DNA of 64,000 nucleotides from Carcharhinus longimanus (GCA_030264375.1 JASCQW010000162.1:44742869-44806868); one strand, 5' to 3'. Shown: positions 13,600 to 27,409, counted from the stretch's first letter. Numbers and translations: made by a program. Notes: a model not told the origin generated them from the sequence alone.

Positions 13600-14335
13600 C
13601 CTCATCCTAATTGTTATCCAATGACACACTCTCCAATATTGATGCACAGCGGCAACAGTGTGTACCATCTACAAGATGTCTTGCAAGAACTCACCAAACC
13701 TCAAACAAAAGAACAAAGAACAGTACAGTACTGGAACAGGTCCTTTGGCCCTCCAAGCCTGTGCTGACCGTGATGCCTCCCTAAACTAAAGCTGTATGCA
13801 TTTATGGAGTCTGTATCCATCCATTCCCATCCTATTCATGTATTCATCTAGATGCCCCTTACATGCCACTATCATTCATGCTCCCAACATCACCCCGGGC
13901 AACGCATTCCAGACAACAACTTTCAAACCCATGAATGCTACCATTAGAAGGATAGGGCAGCAGATACATAGTTACACCACCAACTCAAAGTTCCCCTCCA
14001 ACCATTCACTATCCTGACTTGGAAATATAACAGCTTCACTGTCTCTGGGCCAAATTCTGAGAGCTCCCTTGCCAACAGCACAGTGAGTGTACCTATACCA
14101 CATAGGTCAAATGGAATATTTATTTATTTATGAGTATGCTTACATCAACAATGCAATGAAGTTACTTGAAAATCTCCTAGTCGCCGCACTCCGGTGCCTG
14201 CTCAGGTACAGTAAGGGAGAATTTAGCAGCAGTTCAAGAAGGCAGCACACTAACACATCTCAAGGGCAATTAGGGATGGGCAATAAATGCTGGTGCAGCC
14301 AGTGTCACCCACAACCCATTAATGAATTTTTAAAA
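13600..14335 (+). mobile_element. CR1-like LINE 3' end with nested CR1 tail (13700-13915, minus) and SINE tail (14117-14228, minus)
   Basis: Tail ctcaagggcaattagggatgggcaataaatgctgg is shared with 21100-21185 and 25730-25960. Confidence 0.7.
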
Positions 14336-14584
14336 ACATGTGTACATCAGATGAAAGAAAGCCAGGAACCAGCTTTTTTCTGATGCCTACTTAGATGCAG
14401 ATACTCATGGTTTGGGCTCATTTATTAAGAGTGGCTAATTTGGATAGTGCTTGTGCTCCCTTATCTTGTCCAAGTTACACTCCTTCAAGTCCTTCCAGAT
14501 TGTTGCTGAGTCAAGCACAATGAACAACACGATGGTGATAATGGGTACCATGTGGACACCATGATATGGGCACCTCTTGTAACG

Positions 14585-14880
14585 AAGTGGAGATGCTGGC
14601 ATTGGACTGGGATAAGCATAGTAAGAGGTCTCACAACACCAGATTAAAGTCCAACAGGTGTGCTTCAGACACACACAACATTGCGTCCCGACTATCATGC
14701 CAACGGCTGCGCTCCCTGCCAACTATTTCAACCATTATCTTGTAAATTGAGTTTATGTCTCCATATGCCCTGTTTGTGAACACAAGTCCTCACTCACCTG
14801 ATGAAGGAGCAGTGCTCCAAAAGCTTGTACTGCCTGTTGGATTTTAACCTGGTGTTGTAAGACTTCTTACTGTGCTTACC
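14585..14880. mobile_element. Penelope-derived non-autonomous element with inverted arms and a hammerhead motif
   Basis: 14613-14658 is the reverse complement of 14833-14878 (about 5 mismatches in 46 bp). CTGATGA-GGAGC/GCTCC-AAAA at 14798-14822. A related fragment lies at ~37400-37500. Confidence 0.7.
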
Positions 14881-15237
14881 TCTTGTATAACAGGCGGGAC
14901 AGGGACTCTAACTTAGCTTGTAGCTAGGGGAGGAACATATACTGAACTGTGCTTCAAGGTCATCCATATTAAAAGGTTATAGTACGGTAATACGATTTTC
15001 CTCTCTGTTCCTCATTAACTGCAAATAATTTGGGCATTAAATTATACGTATATAACTAGCTCAATATTGCTAGCAGTCACAACAGTTGAATTCTACGTCT
15101 GGATCTTTAATACAACAATCATATCACCCATCACATATAAGTTCTTAGTTTACAGGACTAATGTGATTCAAACCAAAAATGAATATGTCTGTAGCAACAG
15201 AAGTCAATCAGCAGGAAGTATCAGGCAGAACGATAAC

Positions 15238-16780
15238 AATTTATGTTTATGTATTGCACCTTTAACGTAACAAAACATCCCAAGACAGTTCACAAAGCAA
15301 GATAAAACCAAGTGTTACACCAAGCCACAAAGAAAAAATTAAGCCATCCGATGGAAAGCTTGGTGAAAGAGGTAGCTATTAAGCAGTGTCTCAAATGACA
15401 AAAGTGTGGGTAAGAGGCTGAGAGATGTGAGAAGAGAATTCCAGATCTTGGGAGCCTAAGACAACTGAAGGCATGGCCCCCAGTGGTGGAGAAATTATTA
15501 CTGGGAATTTACAAGAGGCCAGAATTAAGAAGCACAGACAGCCTGGAAGATTGTGGTGTTGGAGGAGGGTACAGAGATAAGGATTTGAAATCAAGGAGGA
15601 GAATTTTTAAATCAAGATGTTGCTTGCCTGGGAGCCAACACGGGTCAATGAATACAGCAGTGATGGTGAAACATGATATACTGTGAGTTAAAACATGGGC
15701 AATGTAGTTTTCAATGACTACAAGTTTTCAGAGGGTAAAATATGGGAGACCAGCCAGGGGTGTGTTAGAATAGTCATGTCTAGAGGTAATAAAGACAAGA
15801 ATGAGGAATTCAACAACAGATGAGCCAAAACAGGGGTGATGTTGAGTGATGCTACGGAGATGAGAGAAAGGTAGTTTGAGTGATAGTATGAATATGTGGT
15901 CAGAAGCTCATCCCTGAATCAAATGTGACACCAAACTTGTGAACAGACTTGGATAATCTTAGACTGTTGCCAGGGAGAGAGTTGGAGTCAGTAGTTAGGA
16001 AACAGAGTTTGGAGTGGCACCAACATCAATGGCTTCAGTCTAAAGAATATTTAATTTGAGAACATTTATGCTCATCTAGCAGTCTGACTATTTATCAACA
16101 GTGGAGGAGTCGAGCCAGTACAGGTGGTGTAGAGCTGGGTGTCATAAGCATACATGTGAAAACTAAAGCCATGCCTTCTGATAGTAAAGGCAGCATGTAG
16201 ATGGGAAATAAGAGGAAGGTCAGGGATTGATTCTCGGGTGATTGTGCAGTAGCAGAAAGTGACGCCATTGGAAGTGATTACAAGAACACAAGAAATAGGA
16301 GCAGAGTAGAACCTATGGCCTTATATAAAGCCAAATGACTATGGATGCTGGAATCTGAAACAAAAACAGAAAATGCTGGAATATCTCAGCAGATCTGACA
16401 ACATCTGTAGGGAGAGAATAGAATTAATGTTTCAAGTCTGGATGACCCTTCACCAGAGCTGAGGAAAATAGGAAGGAGGGGGGTGATATCTGTTGAACCT
16501 ATGGTCTGTCATGCCTGCTCTGCCAATGGATACCATCATGGCTGATTTTGGGCTTCAACTGTAATCTCTAGCTATGATTAAAGAGATAAAAATGGAAGCA
16601 GGTCAGAGCAGTCTCACTCAGTTGGCCCACAAAGAAGAGATTTTGGAGCTGGGGATGGTTTGGTTGACTATGTCAAAGGCTGAAGAGAGATTGAGAAGAA
16701 TGAAGAGGGAGATTTTCCCTTTGCCACAGACAAGGAGGGAAATTTTAACCTTTGCCACAGTCAGATAGGATGTCAGTTAT
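15238..16780 (-). mobile_element. L2 LINE 3' portion, with CR1 tail and Penelope fragment inserted at ~16280-16560
   Basis: L2 3' end (tatgtattgcacctttaacgtaacaaaacatcccaag on plus) and RT-region remnants (gtgtcataagcatacatgtg = YA(Y)DT; gttgactatgtcaaaggctg = SAFD.V). Confidence 0.8.
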
Positions 16781-17674
16781 GATAAGCACAATTATTTGGC
16801 AAGTCCAGGTTGTGGGATCTGATTGTTTACGTCTCCTGCCAAGGCAAGTTTTTAATTGTGGTTCGCATTCCTCAAATAACCCGACAGTTAATTAGAACGT
16901 GTCACTTGAAACTCCTGTGTTTCATGGCCCTGATTTAGTGGTTGCTAAGTTTGTAAGAGGTAACTGACTAGGATTTCTGTCGAGAAAAATAATGTTGTGT
17001 TGAAGATTCTTCAGGAATTAACAAACTTGAATCCAAAATGAAACACCTACTTCATCATGGCACAAAATGAAACATCTCACTGAAATGCACTTAAGAACAC
17101 ATAGTAAAATAGAAGCTGAACTGAATCCTGAGTCTAATCCTCAGATTCCATTTGTTATGATGCAGCTTTGTTTAGAAGCATTACTGTGCATTGAAAGTTA
17201 GTGATAAAAGACATCATTTTCAGATGTTTAGTGATGCATCTCTTACAAAAGGAAGATCTTTATGTTATTACCAAAAATGCTTGTTTGCTTTGCTGTAATT
17301 GCCAAACAAGTTTGACCTGCTACTTTATTGCTTCATAATTTGAGTGCTAATTTTGGAAGATGAGATAAATTCTGCAGCAGTCTTTAGTAATCTAAATTTT
17401 GTCATAATTATTAAATACTGTTATTAAGGATACACAAGGGGGAAGCTGTTTATGTATAACCTTGGAATGTCTTTGAACAGCTTGTTATTATGTGATACTT
17501 CAGAACTAATTTGCTTAGTTAAGAGTCAGACCAGGCTTTCCATCCTTCTGAAAGTCCTGATGTGTTATGTGAACTTGACACATGAATATTGCAGGAACTG
17601 ATTGATGCAACGGCAACCCACTTCAAAACTATCATTTATGAATTTGACCTTTAATATTAAGAATGATGAAAGAC

Positions 17675-18080
17675 GGATGTTGACCAAAATACCAGGAAAT
17701 TCCCTGCTCTTCATGGTATAATGACTCAAGACGATTACAAATACCTAAGAGGACATATTTCACCATCTAACAGGAAACAGTTCCAACAATGCAGCTCTTC
17801 CACTCTCCTGGAAAATATTTGACACTCAATCACCATCACTAACAATAGACTGGTCACGAACACAGTGCTGTTTGTAGAATTGCTGTGTGCAAATTGGCTG
17901 TTGTGTTTCCTTGGGACAGTGACTACATTTTAAAAGTATTTTGTTTGGGACAGTGAGGTAGTGAAAAGTGCTGTGCAAATGCAAGTTATTTCTTTTAATG
18001 CTAAGTATCTAGAGTGGGGCTTCAACCCATGACCTTCTAATGAAAGAGATGAGAGTGCTACTACTGACTCAAGCTGACCA
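17675..18080. mobile_element. Nested Deu-core SINE remnants (minus-strand head and core, with a plus-strand 3' piece between them)
   Basis: Minus head at 18000-18080, minus core at 17680-17805, and plus tail aaattggctg...aaagtgctgtgcaaatgcaagttatttcttt at 17810-17995. Confidence 0.6.
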
Positions 18081-20049
18081 TCAAGATAATAATGCATTCA
18101 CCTCAGAATTCTGATGTGGCATAATTTGGGGACATATCAGAACAGGTTTTCCCCTTCTAACACATCCATGTAAAGAATCACTTGGATGAAGCAGATGATG
18201 AAATGATGAATGTACATCTGTAATGGAGTTGATCCAACGTACTGCCCATCTAAATTCAGGAAGTCAATCATTTTAAATTCAGTTTCATTCTTCATTGCTA
18301 GTATTAATTTTCAAAAAATTCATGGTTCTAAAGGAATTTGTATCCCAAGCAGGGAAAAGAATCCTTCATGAGGTGCAGTATTCTTTGCTCTGATTTACAC
18401 AAATATTACAATAATTGTGTCAAGGTTTCAGAAATGCTTTAGTCACATTTGTCTAATCCAGTCTTCAGTACATTACAAATAATGTTGTCTTTATTCTCAA
18501 TAGTGACTGTCCATCAAAAGTATATCATTGATTGTAACATGCTTTGGAACACCCTGATGTTGTGAGAGCCACTCTGTAAAGAAATGCACTCTTTTTCCTT
18601 TGCTTGCTTTTTCCAGAGGTCCAGTAATGTTCAGTCAGTGGTGAATGGAATAGTGTTCTCATCTTGCATCTGATCCCATGAGGTGCCCTTCGAGTCTAGT
18701 CTGAAGTCAGGAAGCTTGGAAGAAAGGGTTGCCCGATGGCTCCAACAGCATTAGGACCTAGATTAGCATTTTTCTGGCCCAGGGAATGTTTCATTTTTTT
18801 TGTTTGGTTTTGTTTTGATACCAATTTACATATTAGAAAGAAGTTAGAACAGCAGTTTCTGTTAATCCAGATGTTAGTTATTTCTAGCGCATTANNNNNN
18901 NNNNNNNNNNNNNNNNNNNNNNNNNNNNNNNNNNNNNNNNNNNNNNNNNNNNNNNNNNNNNNNNNNNNNNNNNNNNNNNNNNNNNNNNNNNNNNAGTATC
19001 AGGATCCTGAGGCAGTTCAGAGGCCAGGATCATTGGAGAGCGCAAGCCAGGGGCAGTTTGAAGATGTTATGAAAGAAAATGGGCAGGGGTGCTTGGTTGG
19101 GGAGGTGGGGAGGAATGTGTCCACTAGTATGGGTTGGATGAAGAAGCTGTACTGGATCCAGCTGGTAAGTGAAAAGACACTAGCTGCCTGGATCCAGCAA
19201 TCCTCATATCACATTTTGCCAGTGGCTTTCCTGAAAAGCTTAACCAGCCAGTATTAGATTTTAAACTGTGCTTAAAAATGAAGCATCCTAGCTCATTTTA
19301 ATACTTAAACTGGCAGCCCACGGTTTCTGTAGAGCTTGGTTTCCCACCTCTGTGCAACCTCAATTAAAACCAGAAATGGAGGGTTGGGATTGGATTTCTG
19401 TTTTTTAACATCCAGGATGCCGGATTTTTTTTTAGCGGGGGGTGGTGGGGGTTAAAATTTACCCTCACTCCAGCAGAGTTTAAACCAAAAAGTATAAACT
19501 AGTCTTGAACTATGAACAGAATGTGAAATAATGATTGGGAGCGAGACATAGGATTAGAAAAATGAGAAAAAAATTAAATTATCTTTTAATTATTTTTTGA
19601 TCTCCAACACTAATTAGCATACGAAGGAAAGAAACTCCACATTTATGAAGTTATGTTTTCAGAACCAAAGAGGTTATTTACAGCAATTATCATTACATCA
19701 TTAAAATTTCACTGACTGCTGAATGTGCCAGCCCCAATATTTTACTGTCTGCATAGTGAGTAATTAGGAGATAGAGACCCTAATTTAACACCATTTTATG
19801 GACTTTAATGCTGAGTCTATTGACACAGCTTTGTTGGGGTGCAACTTCTGGATTCCCATGTTTAACTTGGAAAGTTTCTCTTGGACAGTGAACACTATTT
19901 GCATTGCCATTATTATTTACACAAAGAACAGGCAAATACATTAGTTACACACAAACCACCAAAAGCCCGATGCTTCTACAAATCACGTTATTTCATCAGC
20001 AAACAAATGGAAAGGATTATCAACAGTTCTACCAAGCAACATATACTCA

Positions 20050-21185
20050 CAAATAAACTCCCTTCTGCCATGACCTCATTCAAGCCTTGGTTCAGACATG
20101 GACAAAAGAGCTGAAATTCCAGAGATGAAGCAGCTACCTTTGGCATCAAGGCAGCATTTGATCACACGTGCCATCAAGGTGTCAAAGCTGGAATTGAACT
20201 AGAAAGATGGGTATGATTATTGGAGGCCAATCATCTCAGCCCCAGGACTGCAGTGGTTCCTGAAGTAATGTCTTAGTCCCAACCATTTCTCCTCCTTTGT
20301 CAGTGAACTTCCCTTCGTCATAAGATCGGGCATGGGAATGCTCACTCTTATGTAGGATATACTTCCAGTTGCAATTCCTCAGATAATGAAGCACATGCAG
20401 CAAGAATGGGACGACATTAATGCTGGGGTTAAAATGTAGCAAGTGGTACTAGGCAATGATCATCTCCAACAATATAAAATTCAACCATCTCCTCTCTGAC
20501 ATTCAATGGCATTTCCATTAATGAATCTCTCATTATCAACATCATGGCATCATCATTAACCAGAAATTTAACTGGACCAGCCATAAAAATACTGTGACTA
20601 CAAGAGCAGGTCAAAGGGCAATATTGTGTGATGAATGTCTCACCTCCTGACAACCCAAATCCTTTCAATCATCTCCAAGACAGAAGTCAAGAATATGATG
20701 GAATAATCTCTACTTTATGAATGAGTGAATGTCCAACAACACTCAGTAAAATTCAGTACCACCCAGGACAAAACACTTGCTTGGCTGGCACCCCTTCCAC
20801 GCCTAAAACTTTATCAAACCCCCCCACCCTTGGCGCACCATGGCTGTAGTATATATAATTTAGAAAAACGCACTCCAACAATTCACCAAAGCTTCATTGG
20901 CAGTATCTCCCCAATGTGTGATCTCTACATCTAGAAGGACAAGGGCAGCAGATGCATGGTAACACCACTTTCCAAGGTACCTACGTTCCTCACTTGGAAA
21001 TGCACTAAAACTTCTTTCAGTGTCACTGGATGAAATTCTTAAAGCTCCTTCCCTAACAGCACTGTGGGTGTATCTTCACCACAATGAAGTGGTTCAAAAG
21101 ATAGCTCACTACCAACCTCTCAAGGGCAATTAGGGATGGGCAATAAATGTTGGTCTTGTCAAAGTTACTCACACCCATTGAATGA
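20050..21185 (+). mobile_element. CR1-like LINE RT/3' fragment, highly decayed
   Basis: ggcatcaaggcagcatttgatcacacgtgccatcaagg (DIKAAFD.VWHQG-like) and the shared tail ctcaagggcaattagggatgggcaataaatg. Confidence 0.75.
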
Positions 21186-23809
21186 ACAAAATAAACAGTA
21201 TTTTCTGCATTTGTACAGTCTTGTGTAGCAGTACATTCATATTGGCAAAGACCAAAATATGAAATCAGAATCCAATAGAAATAAAAAAAAATCTCTGAAT
21301 AAACCAACCTGATGGCTCATTGCAGGTAGCATTTTTCCAATGAAGTCTGAAAAGGGAAACCTGATCTACTTTAATCACAATACCTTCAGCCTATTACAGG
21401 AACTCACTGAATCTAATTGTTCTGCATTGAATATTTAGCATTTCGATCCAGAGTCAAGTTTCCCAATAACATACCTCAGCTCCAAATTCATAAGTGCAGC
21501 AGTGTAGATTTTTTCCATTTAGCGCACTAACCACCTTTTTATGGCCTCTCGAAGACTATTATTTTGTGGGTGTATTTTTAATGCTAGTACCAATAAACAT
21601 TGCGAACTAGCTGAGACTAAAACCATTTAAATCATTAAAATCACTCAAATCATTATTTCAAATCATTATAGCTGGTAAAATGAAGTGGTTTTCACTTCTT
21701 TCAGCACAGGCTGTATTCTAACGATCACTGTATTAAAATATCGCTTAATGGGTTGTCATACCCTTGCAGGTTCTGCTGAGATTGTGTTCCCCTACTGTGA
21801 CATAAATGACACTGCTTTGAATACCAGTTCTGCTCAATTTTCTCTCCACATCACTTGCGTGCTCCCTGGACCAGTCCAATCCCAAACTTAGCTATGCTGA
21901 TTAAGGTAAATATGCTGTAAACTGACCACTGGCATTTGAAACACAACACTGGCCATTCTAACACGAACAATGCTAATGCTGAAAATGGAGTCCAAAGGAG
22001 GAAATTATCACAGTACAACAGCACCCACCACAAGGCACTCTATATCTTCCAGTCAAGCATCATGCTACTTCAACCTTGCAACCATGCTCAGCATGCTGGA
22101 GTGTCAGGATGATTAACTTTATACCATTCAGCATTGCTGTATTATATCAAAAACAATAAATATCTGGGGAATGGTTGAAGGCTGTAATCCATTCTCAGGG
22201 TTCAGATGACATCCACAAACCAATCAAGCTGTATTTGTGTAATCTATGATGTATTTGAAATGTTCCATTTGGATGACTGCCAAGTCACTGCCTCCCTCCC
22301 GTATTTCAATGCGTACCTTAGTTTAGAAAATGCAAGTATGCTGTGAACTACGCATTCATTTGGTTTGTGGCTATGGATGCATGATTACAATTGGAGACAA
22401 GTTAAATTAAGCATGAAATTTTAATTTTCATACGGCTTAAAGGGCCAGTGCAAAGTTAGGAGTCCAAGGAACAATTCCCATTACTCATTTCAGCTCATCT
22501 CCAACTCAAGTGCTTTTTTTTTGGTTTATCAACAGCTGACAGTAATGCAAATCTGGACAAGAGAATCAGTCAAATTAAAGCCAGAGATAATAAAGTCTGG
22601 TGTTTAGTAGAAGGATGTGATACTTAAACACTGAATTGAAGTTATTCACATTGCTGCATACCATTGCAATTGGGATTTACTTTACCAAGAATTGTCTCAA
22701 TAACTGCTCCTTTTTGAGGCTATCAGAGGTTGTTAACCATGTATTGATTTCTATTAACAATGAGCACTTATGGTGTAAAGCTGAATGGGAGGTTATATTT
22801 AGCCTGCATCCCAATCCCCACTGGGCACAATATCTGGAATGTTTCACTTTTCACATAAACCCATTTACAACCAGTTTATTGATTTCTGTGCTGGGGCTCC
22901 AACTTCAACAAGGAAATGGTTGTGTAAAGATTTCTGTGGGTTGCCACCCACTAACCTTTCACACTGATTGGTTCTTAACACTATCATATGGTCCGATTAC
23001 ATATTCCGAATGCAGTTATTGCCTATGATACCTGTGAATGCTTTGAAAGTGTCCTGAGTGTGCAGCATTTTCGGGAGATCTCAACTTCCCAAACTAAAGC
23101 AGTTTATCTGCTACAAAATCCAAATAATATGCCACAGTGGCCCAAATTTTGCATTAAGAATAGCCAAGAGGCAAAAAACATTCACCATTACGTTGAAGCA
23201 AATTAGACCAGAACTTGCAAAGTCTGCAAAATGCAGTCAAATGTAAAAACAAAGGATGAAATTCTCTGACCATTCACACCAGTGGGATTCTCCTGTCCCA
23301 CTACAGCTAACAGAGATTTGGCTGAGCACCAAATTCTCCATCCTCTCTGGCAGCAAGGCATGAATGGTCCAGAAGTTTACTCTGCTTTCACAAGCTGTGT
23401 TAGTTACATCGCTACCATCAAGTTGGCATTAAAATCTACATAAAACCATTAAGTTGTTATTACTGACCCATTAGTTATCCATTGCCAGATGGAGTTGAGG
23501 CCGTAACATTGCATCAGATGAAAATTAAAGTTTAACAATAAGTTACTGTCAATGTACCTCGCTGGAATGGAAATTTAATTTTACAAGTCTGGAGTCGAGT
23601 TCCTTTAGTATTTAATTTTTTTTACTTTTTCTTTTATCTTTTTAAATCTTTATCTCTCACTCCCAGCTTGTTTTCACTCTATTTTGCAACATATACATGA
23701 TTTTACGATTCTTCCATTGGATGTGGCAATCCCAGATGGGATTGTGATTGGTGCAGACTCAATGGGCCGAATGGCCTTTCTGCACTGTAGGGTTTCTATG
23801 ACTCTATGA

Positions 23810-24125
23810 TAATGACTCTCCTTCCCAACCCTTAACCTTCTGAAATTTTTGCACTCCTTTAATTCTGGCTTCTCATATTGCCCAAGTTTCAATTGTTATA
23901 CCATTGGTGACAGTGCCTTCACTTGCCTGGTCTCCAAACTCTGGACTACCCTCCCTACACCTCTCCACCTCACTTTAAGACACTCCTTCAAATATCCTCT
24001 TTAACCAAGCTCTTGGTCTTTGGATCAACTTGAGTGGCCTGTGTCATACTTGGTTTTATGATGTTTTATAAAGTACCGTGGGAAGTTTCATTATGTTAAA
24101 GGTGCTATATGAATGGAAGTTTTTG
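23810..24125 (+). mobile_element. L2 LINE 3' end
   Basis: ccattggtgacagtgccttc...tttaagacactccttcaaa...ttaaaggtgctatatgaatggaagttt. Confidence 0.7.
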
Positions 24126-24896
24126 TTGATAAAATTCCACCTTGCATGTCCCTGTGAGAATTCTTCAATCTGATTGGTTGGAAAGGCAGGCTGCTGCCTT
24201 CCTTGCTCACACAGGCCGCAGGTTCCCCATGGAGGGCACTGCATTGATGCCCAATTGCAGAAGTTTACTGCTCAAAATTCCACATAAAGTCTGCAGGCAA
24301 CTGTAAGCATGATGAATTTTGTGTGTTGCTTTGCAAAAAAATCTGAATCAGGCCATTGAGTCAAGAAATCTACAGTACCTACAAAACTGAAAACAACTCT
24401 GATTTTCCTCTTAACTTGCTTTTGTTTCTTTGGTTGAACACATGATACTGAGGTGTAGAATTCTGTCACCAATAAAAGAAGTTAATCTGATATTGTGCAA
24501 GGATAACATCAACAAAGGGTCCATTAATCCGCTCCCACTAAACAATAACTTGCGGACAAAAAACCCATCTCAAAAATGTGGTGCAAAGATGCAGTCACAC
24601 AGGGAAATAGGGTAACATATAACAGAAGAAGCCAAGATAAATGCTTTGTTCTATTCAAATAAAAAGAACTCCTCAAAGCACAATCAGATACTGTATTTTC
24701 TCTACCTTAAAAGGAAAATATATTCTTTTTATTTGGTTGGTATGGTGTTGATATTGAATCACAATGTATTAGTTACTGCAGAGGAAAAACAATGGAGCTG
24801 TAATTATCCTGGAAGGCTCATATTACAAGAGCCTCTTCCGCAATGCATTAAATAACAACACAAATTCTTGCCACACTGTTGTACTGCTTGTTGAAC

Positions 24897-25130
24897 TTAG
24901 GGATTTGGTTAGCTCAGTGTGCTGGACGGCTGATTTATGATGTGGAGCAATGCCAACAGTGTGGATTCAATTCCAACACTGGCTGAGGTTATTCTTGAAT
25001 GTCCACCCTTTCAATCTTGCCTCCTCCGCCTGAGGTGTGACGACCCTCAAGTTAAATCATTACCAGTCAGCTCTTCTCCTCAAAAGGGAGGAGGAGCCTA
25101 TGGTCACCTGGTACAATGGTGACTTTACCT
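24897..25130 (+). mobile_element. Second tRNA-derived SINE family
   Basis: A-box-like ggttagctcagtg and B-box-like ggattcaattcc, with a body unrelated to the HE1-like copies. Confidence 0.6.
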
Positions 25131-25729
25131 AGAAGTGAAACTGTGGCCAGTGTAATCCTGTTTTACATTTCAGGGACGATGCAGTCTTAATAGAAAAGGG
25201 AATGGGGGAGAAATTAGCCCCAATTTATTATTTAAAACTAAAAACTTCAAAATGGTGGCCAAATAGCATGCACATACTTGTAGTGTCTCGCACCTGACAC
25301 CAGAGTGCTTTAGTGCACGCACAGTGAACATTCACCAGATGTTTGCAGAGTAGGCGGATCATGACATCAATCAGCACACAACGATGGAGTCATTGCCACT
25401 CCGCCAAGGTGGCGCCTCAGCAATCTGAAAGATTTGTCAGAGAGCAGATTGCTGGAATGCCTTTGCACACTATAATTCACATCCATGATGACAGAAGCCT
25501 ATTGCAGAATGCAGACGTTATTGGTGTCACAACAGAAGCTGAGAAATCGACCATCGTGTTTGGATCGACAAATACGTGAATGGAATTGGCTTGCTGTCTC
25601 ACACTGGAAAGGATGGGCTTCAAGTTCTGCCAACTTGGTACCAGACACCTCTTGGCACATTGCACCACCACGGGATTTCTGGCAGGCCTCCAAATGCGCC
25701 AAACATTTTGATCTACATCTGAATCAGCA

Positions 25730-25960
25730 CTTTTTCTCATTTGTGGGATGCGGGTTGCCTTTTGGCCAGCATTTATTGTCCATCTCTAATTGCCCTTCAG
25801 GAAGTAGTGGTGAGCTGTTTTCTTCCACTGCTGTTTATGTGGTGTAGGTACGCCCACATTACGGAGGGAGTTCCAAGATTTTGACCCAGTGACAGTGAAG
25901 GAACGGTGATTATATTTCCAAACGGGGATGGTGAGTGACTTGGAAGGGGATCTTCCAAGA
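25730..25960 (-). mobile_element. CR1-like LINE 3' end
   Basis: ggccagcatttattgtccatctctaattgccctt is the reverse complement of the shared tail. Confidence 0.7.
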
Positions 25961-26309
25961 ATTGCAGGCAGGAATCAAGCAAAGGACTAAAAACAGACAC
26001 CACTGTGTGGTGGAGCAGGCCATCTCTATAAGATCTACCCCAAATATGGCCTTAATTATGTACAGATGACAAAGGCCAAGGAGACTGAACAGCCATCCTG
26101 ACTACTGCCAAGGAGACATGCAAAGCTCCTGCCAACAGAATGGGGCAGGAGAACAAAGTGGGAGATAAAGGGAAAGGAAAGAAGGGGCGGCAGACAGCCG
26201 AAAAATATCACTGCTCCTGATACTTCCCATCTCTCGGCAGACTGAACCAATGGAGCAGAGGGCCAATCAGTGAGGGTTTGGTGGTAATATCAAGGGGCAA
26301 TAGTCAGTT

Positions 26310-26560
26310 TTCCATTTGATCTTGACTACTTGTTTTTGAGGTTTGATCTTCTTGCAGCACTGGACTCCTGGCATTCACAGCTAGCTGCTCCCACTGCATC
26401 TGAAGAACGTCCTTCCCCGTTGCTGATACACGATATCGCTCCTCCTTTTCATTCCGCCCACCAAGACTTCCAGTGAGAAGTCTCAAAATCTTGGAGTTAA
26501 TCTCTCCCCAGCTGTACCACTCCTTTCTCCTGCAGCTCAGATTCTCTTCAGCCATGTATC
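26310..26560 (-). mobile_element. Harbinger-type Myb/SANT-like DNA-binding gene fossil
   Basis: Frameshifted minus-strand peptides ERLTPRF*DFSLEVLVGGMKRRSDIVY, LQMQWEQLAVNARS and QCCKKIK..KQVVK fit the PRFS..LE.L / W..vA..vNA / QC.KK pattern of the Harbinger second ORF. Confidence 0.7.
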
Positions 26561-26748
26561 CCTGTAGCTGCTCCACCCACAATGCAAATCAGCTTTTAGT
26601 GGTGCTACGAGTTATGAATTTGGCCTCCTGCAGATGCATCTAGCCAATGAATAGGATGGATGGCATATTGCCTGATTGCAATCAATGGGTGAGAGTTAAC
26701 CATGTACTGTGATCCCTATACCTTTCTCAGGGGCTTTCCATTTTAACC

Positions 26749-27040
26749 AGGGTGGCATGGTGACACAGTGGTTAGCACTACTGTCTCACAGTGCCAGGGA
26801 TACGGGTTCGATTCCCGCTTGCGTCACTGACTGTGTGGAATTTGCATGTTCTCCCCGACTCTGCGTGGGTTTCCTCCGGGTGCTCCGGTTTCCTCCCATA
26901 GTCTGAAAGATGTATTGGTGAGGTGCATTGACCCGAACAGGCACTGGGCTGTGGAAACTTGGGGAATTTCACACTAACTTCATTGCAGTGTTAATGGAAG
27001 CCTTATTTATGACTAATAAATAAACTTTACTTTTACTTTA
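26749..27040 (+). mobile_element. HE1-like SINE (AATAAATAAAC-tail subfamily)
   Basis: Head gacacagtggttagcactactgtctcacagtgccagggatacgggttcgattccc. Tail nearly identical to the copy at 3296-3582. Confidence 0.9.
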
Positions 27041-27409
27041 ACCTCCAGCTTTCCAATTGACAGCTCTATGATTTCTGCAAATTTGCGAGCAACTATACAT
27101 AAGCAACACCAAAGAATGTGCAGTAAAGCTGCACTACTTACAAAATGAGGGCTCGGGATAGTAACAACTATTTCCCATTCATAGCCATGATTGAATGGTG
27201 GAGCGGACATGATGGGCTGAATGGCCTAATTCTGCTCCTATATCTTAAGAATTTATATGGTAGAATGCACATCAGTTATTTGAATAATTCTTTTCTACTT
27301 GGAAGCATTGTCACACAATTTAAAATCCATTGTTGTCCTTGGGGAAATGTATTCAGAAAAACCTCTTTCCAAACATAAGCTATAACGAAGCAAACTCCAG
27401 TAGACACAT

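Noticed and set aside
25397-25416. CTCF-like CCGCCAAGGTGGCGCC
   Set aside because: The 5' half mismatches the core at three positions, much weaker than the site at 50293.
26749-26820. SINE heads as tRNA genes
   Set aside because: They have A/B boxes but run into SINE body and tail, recur many times, and show no complete cloverleaf.
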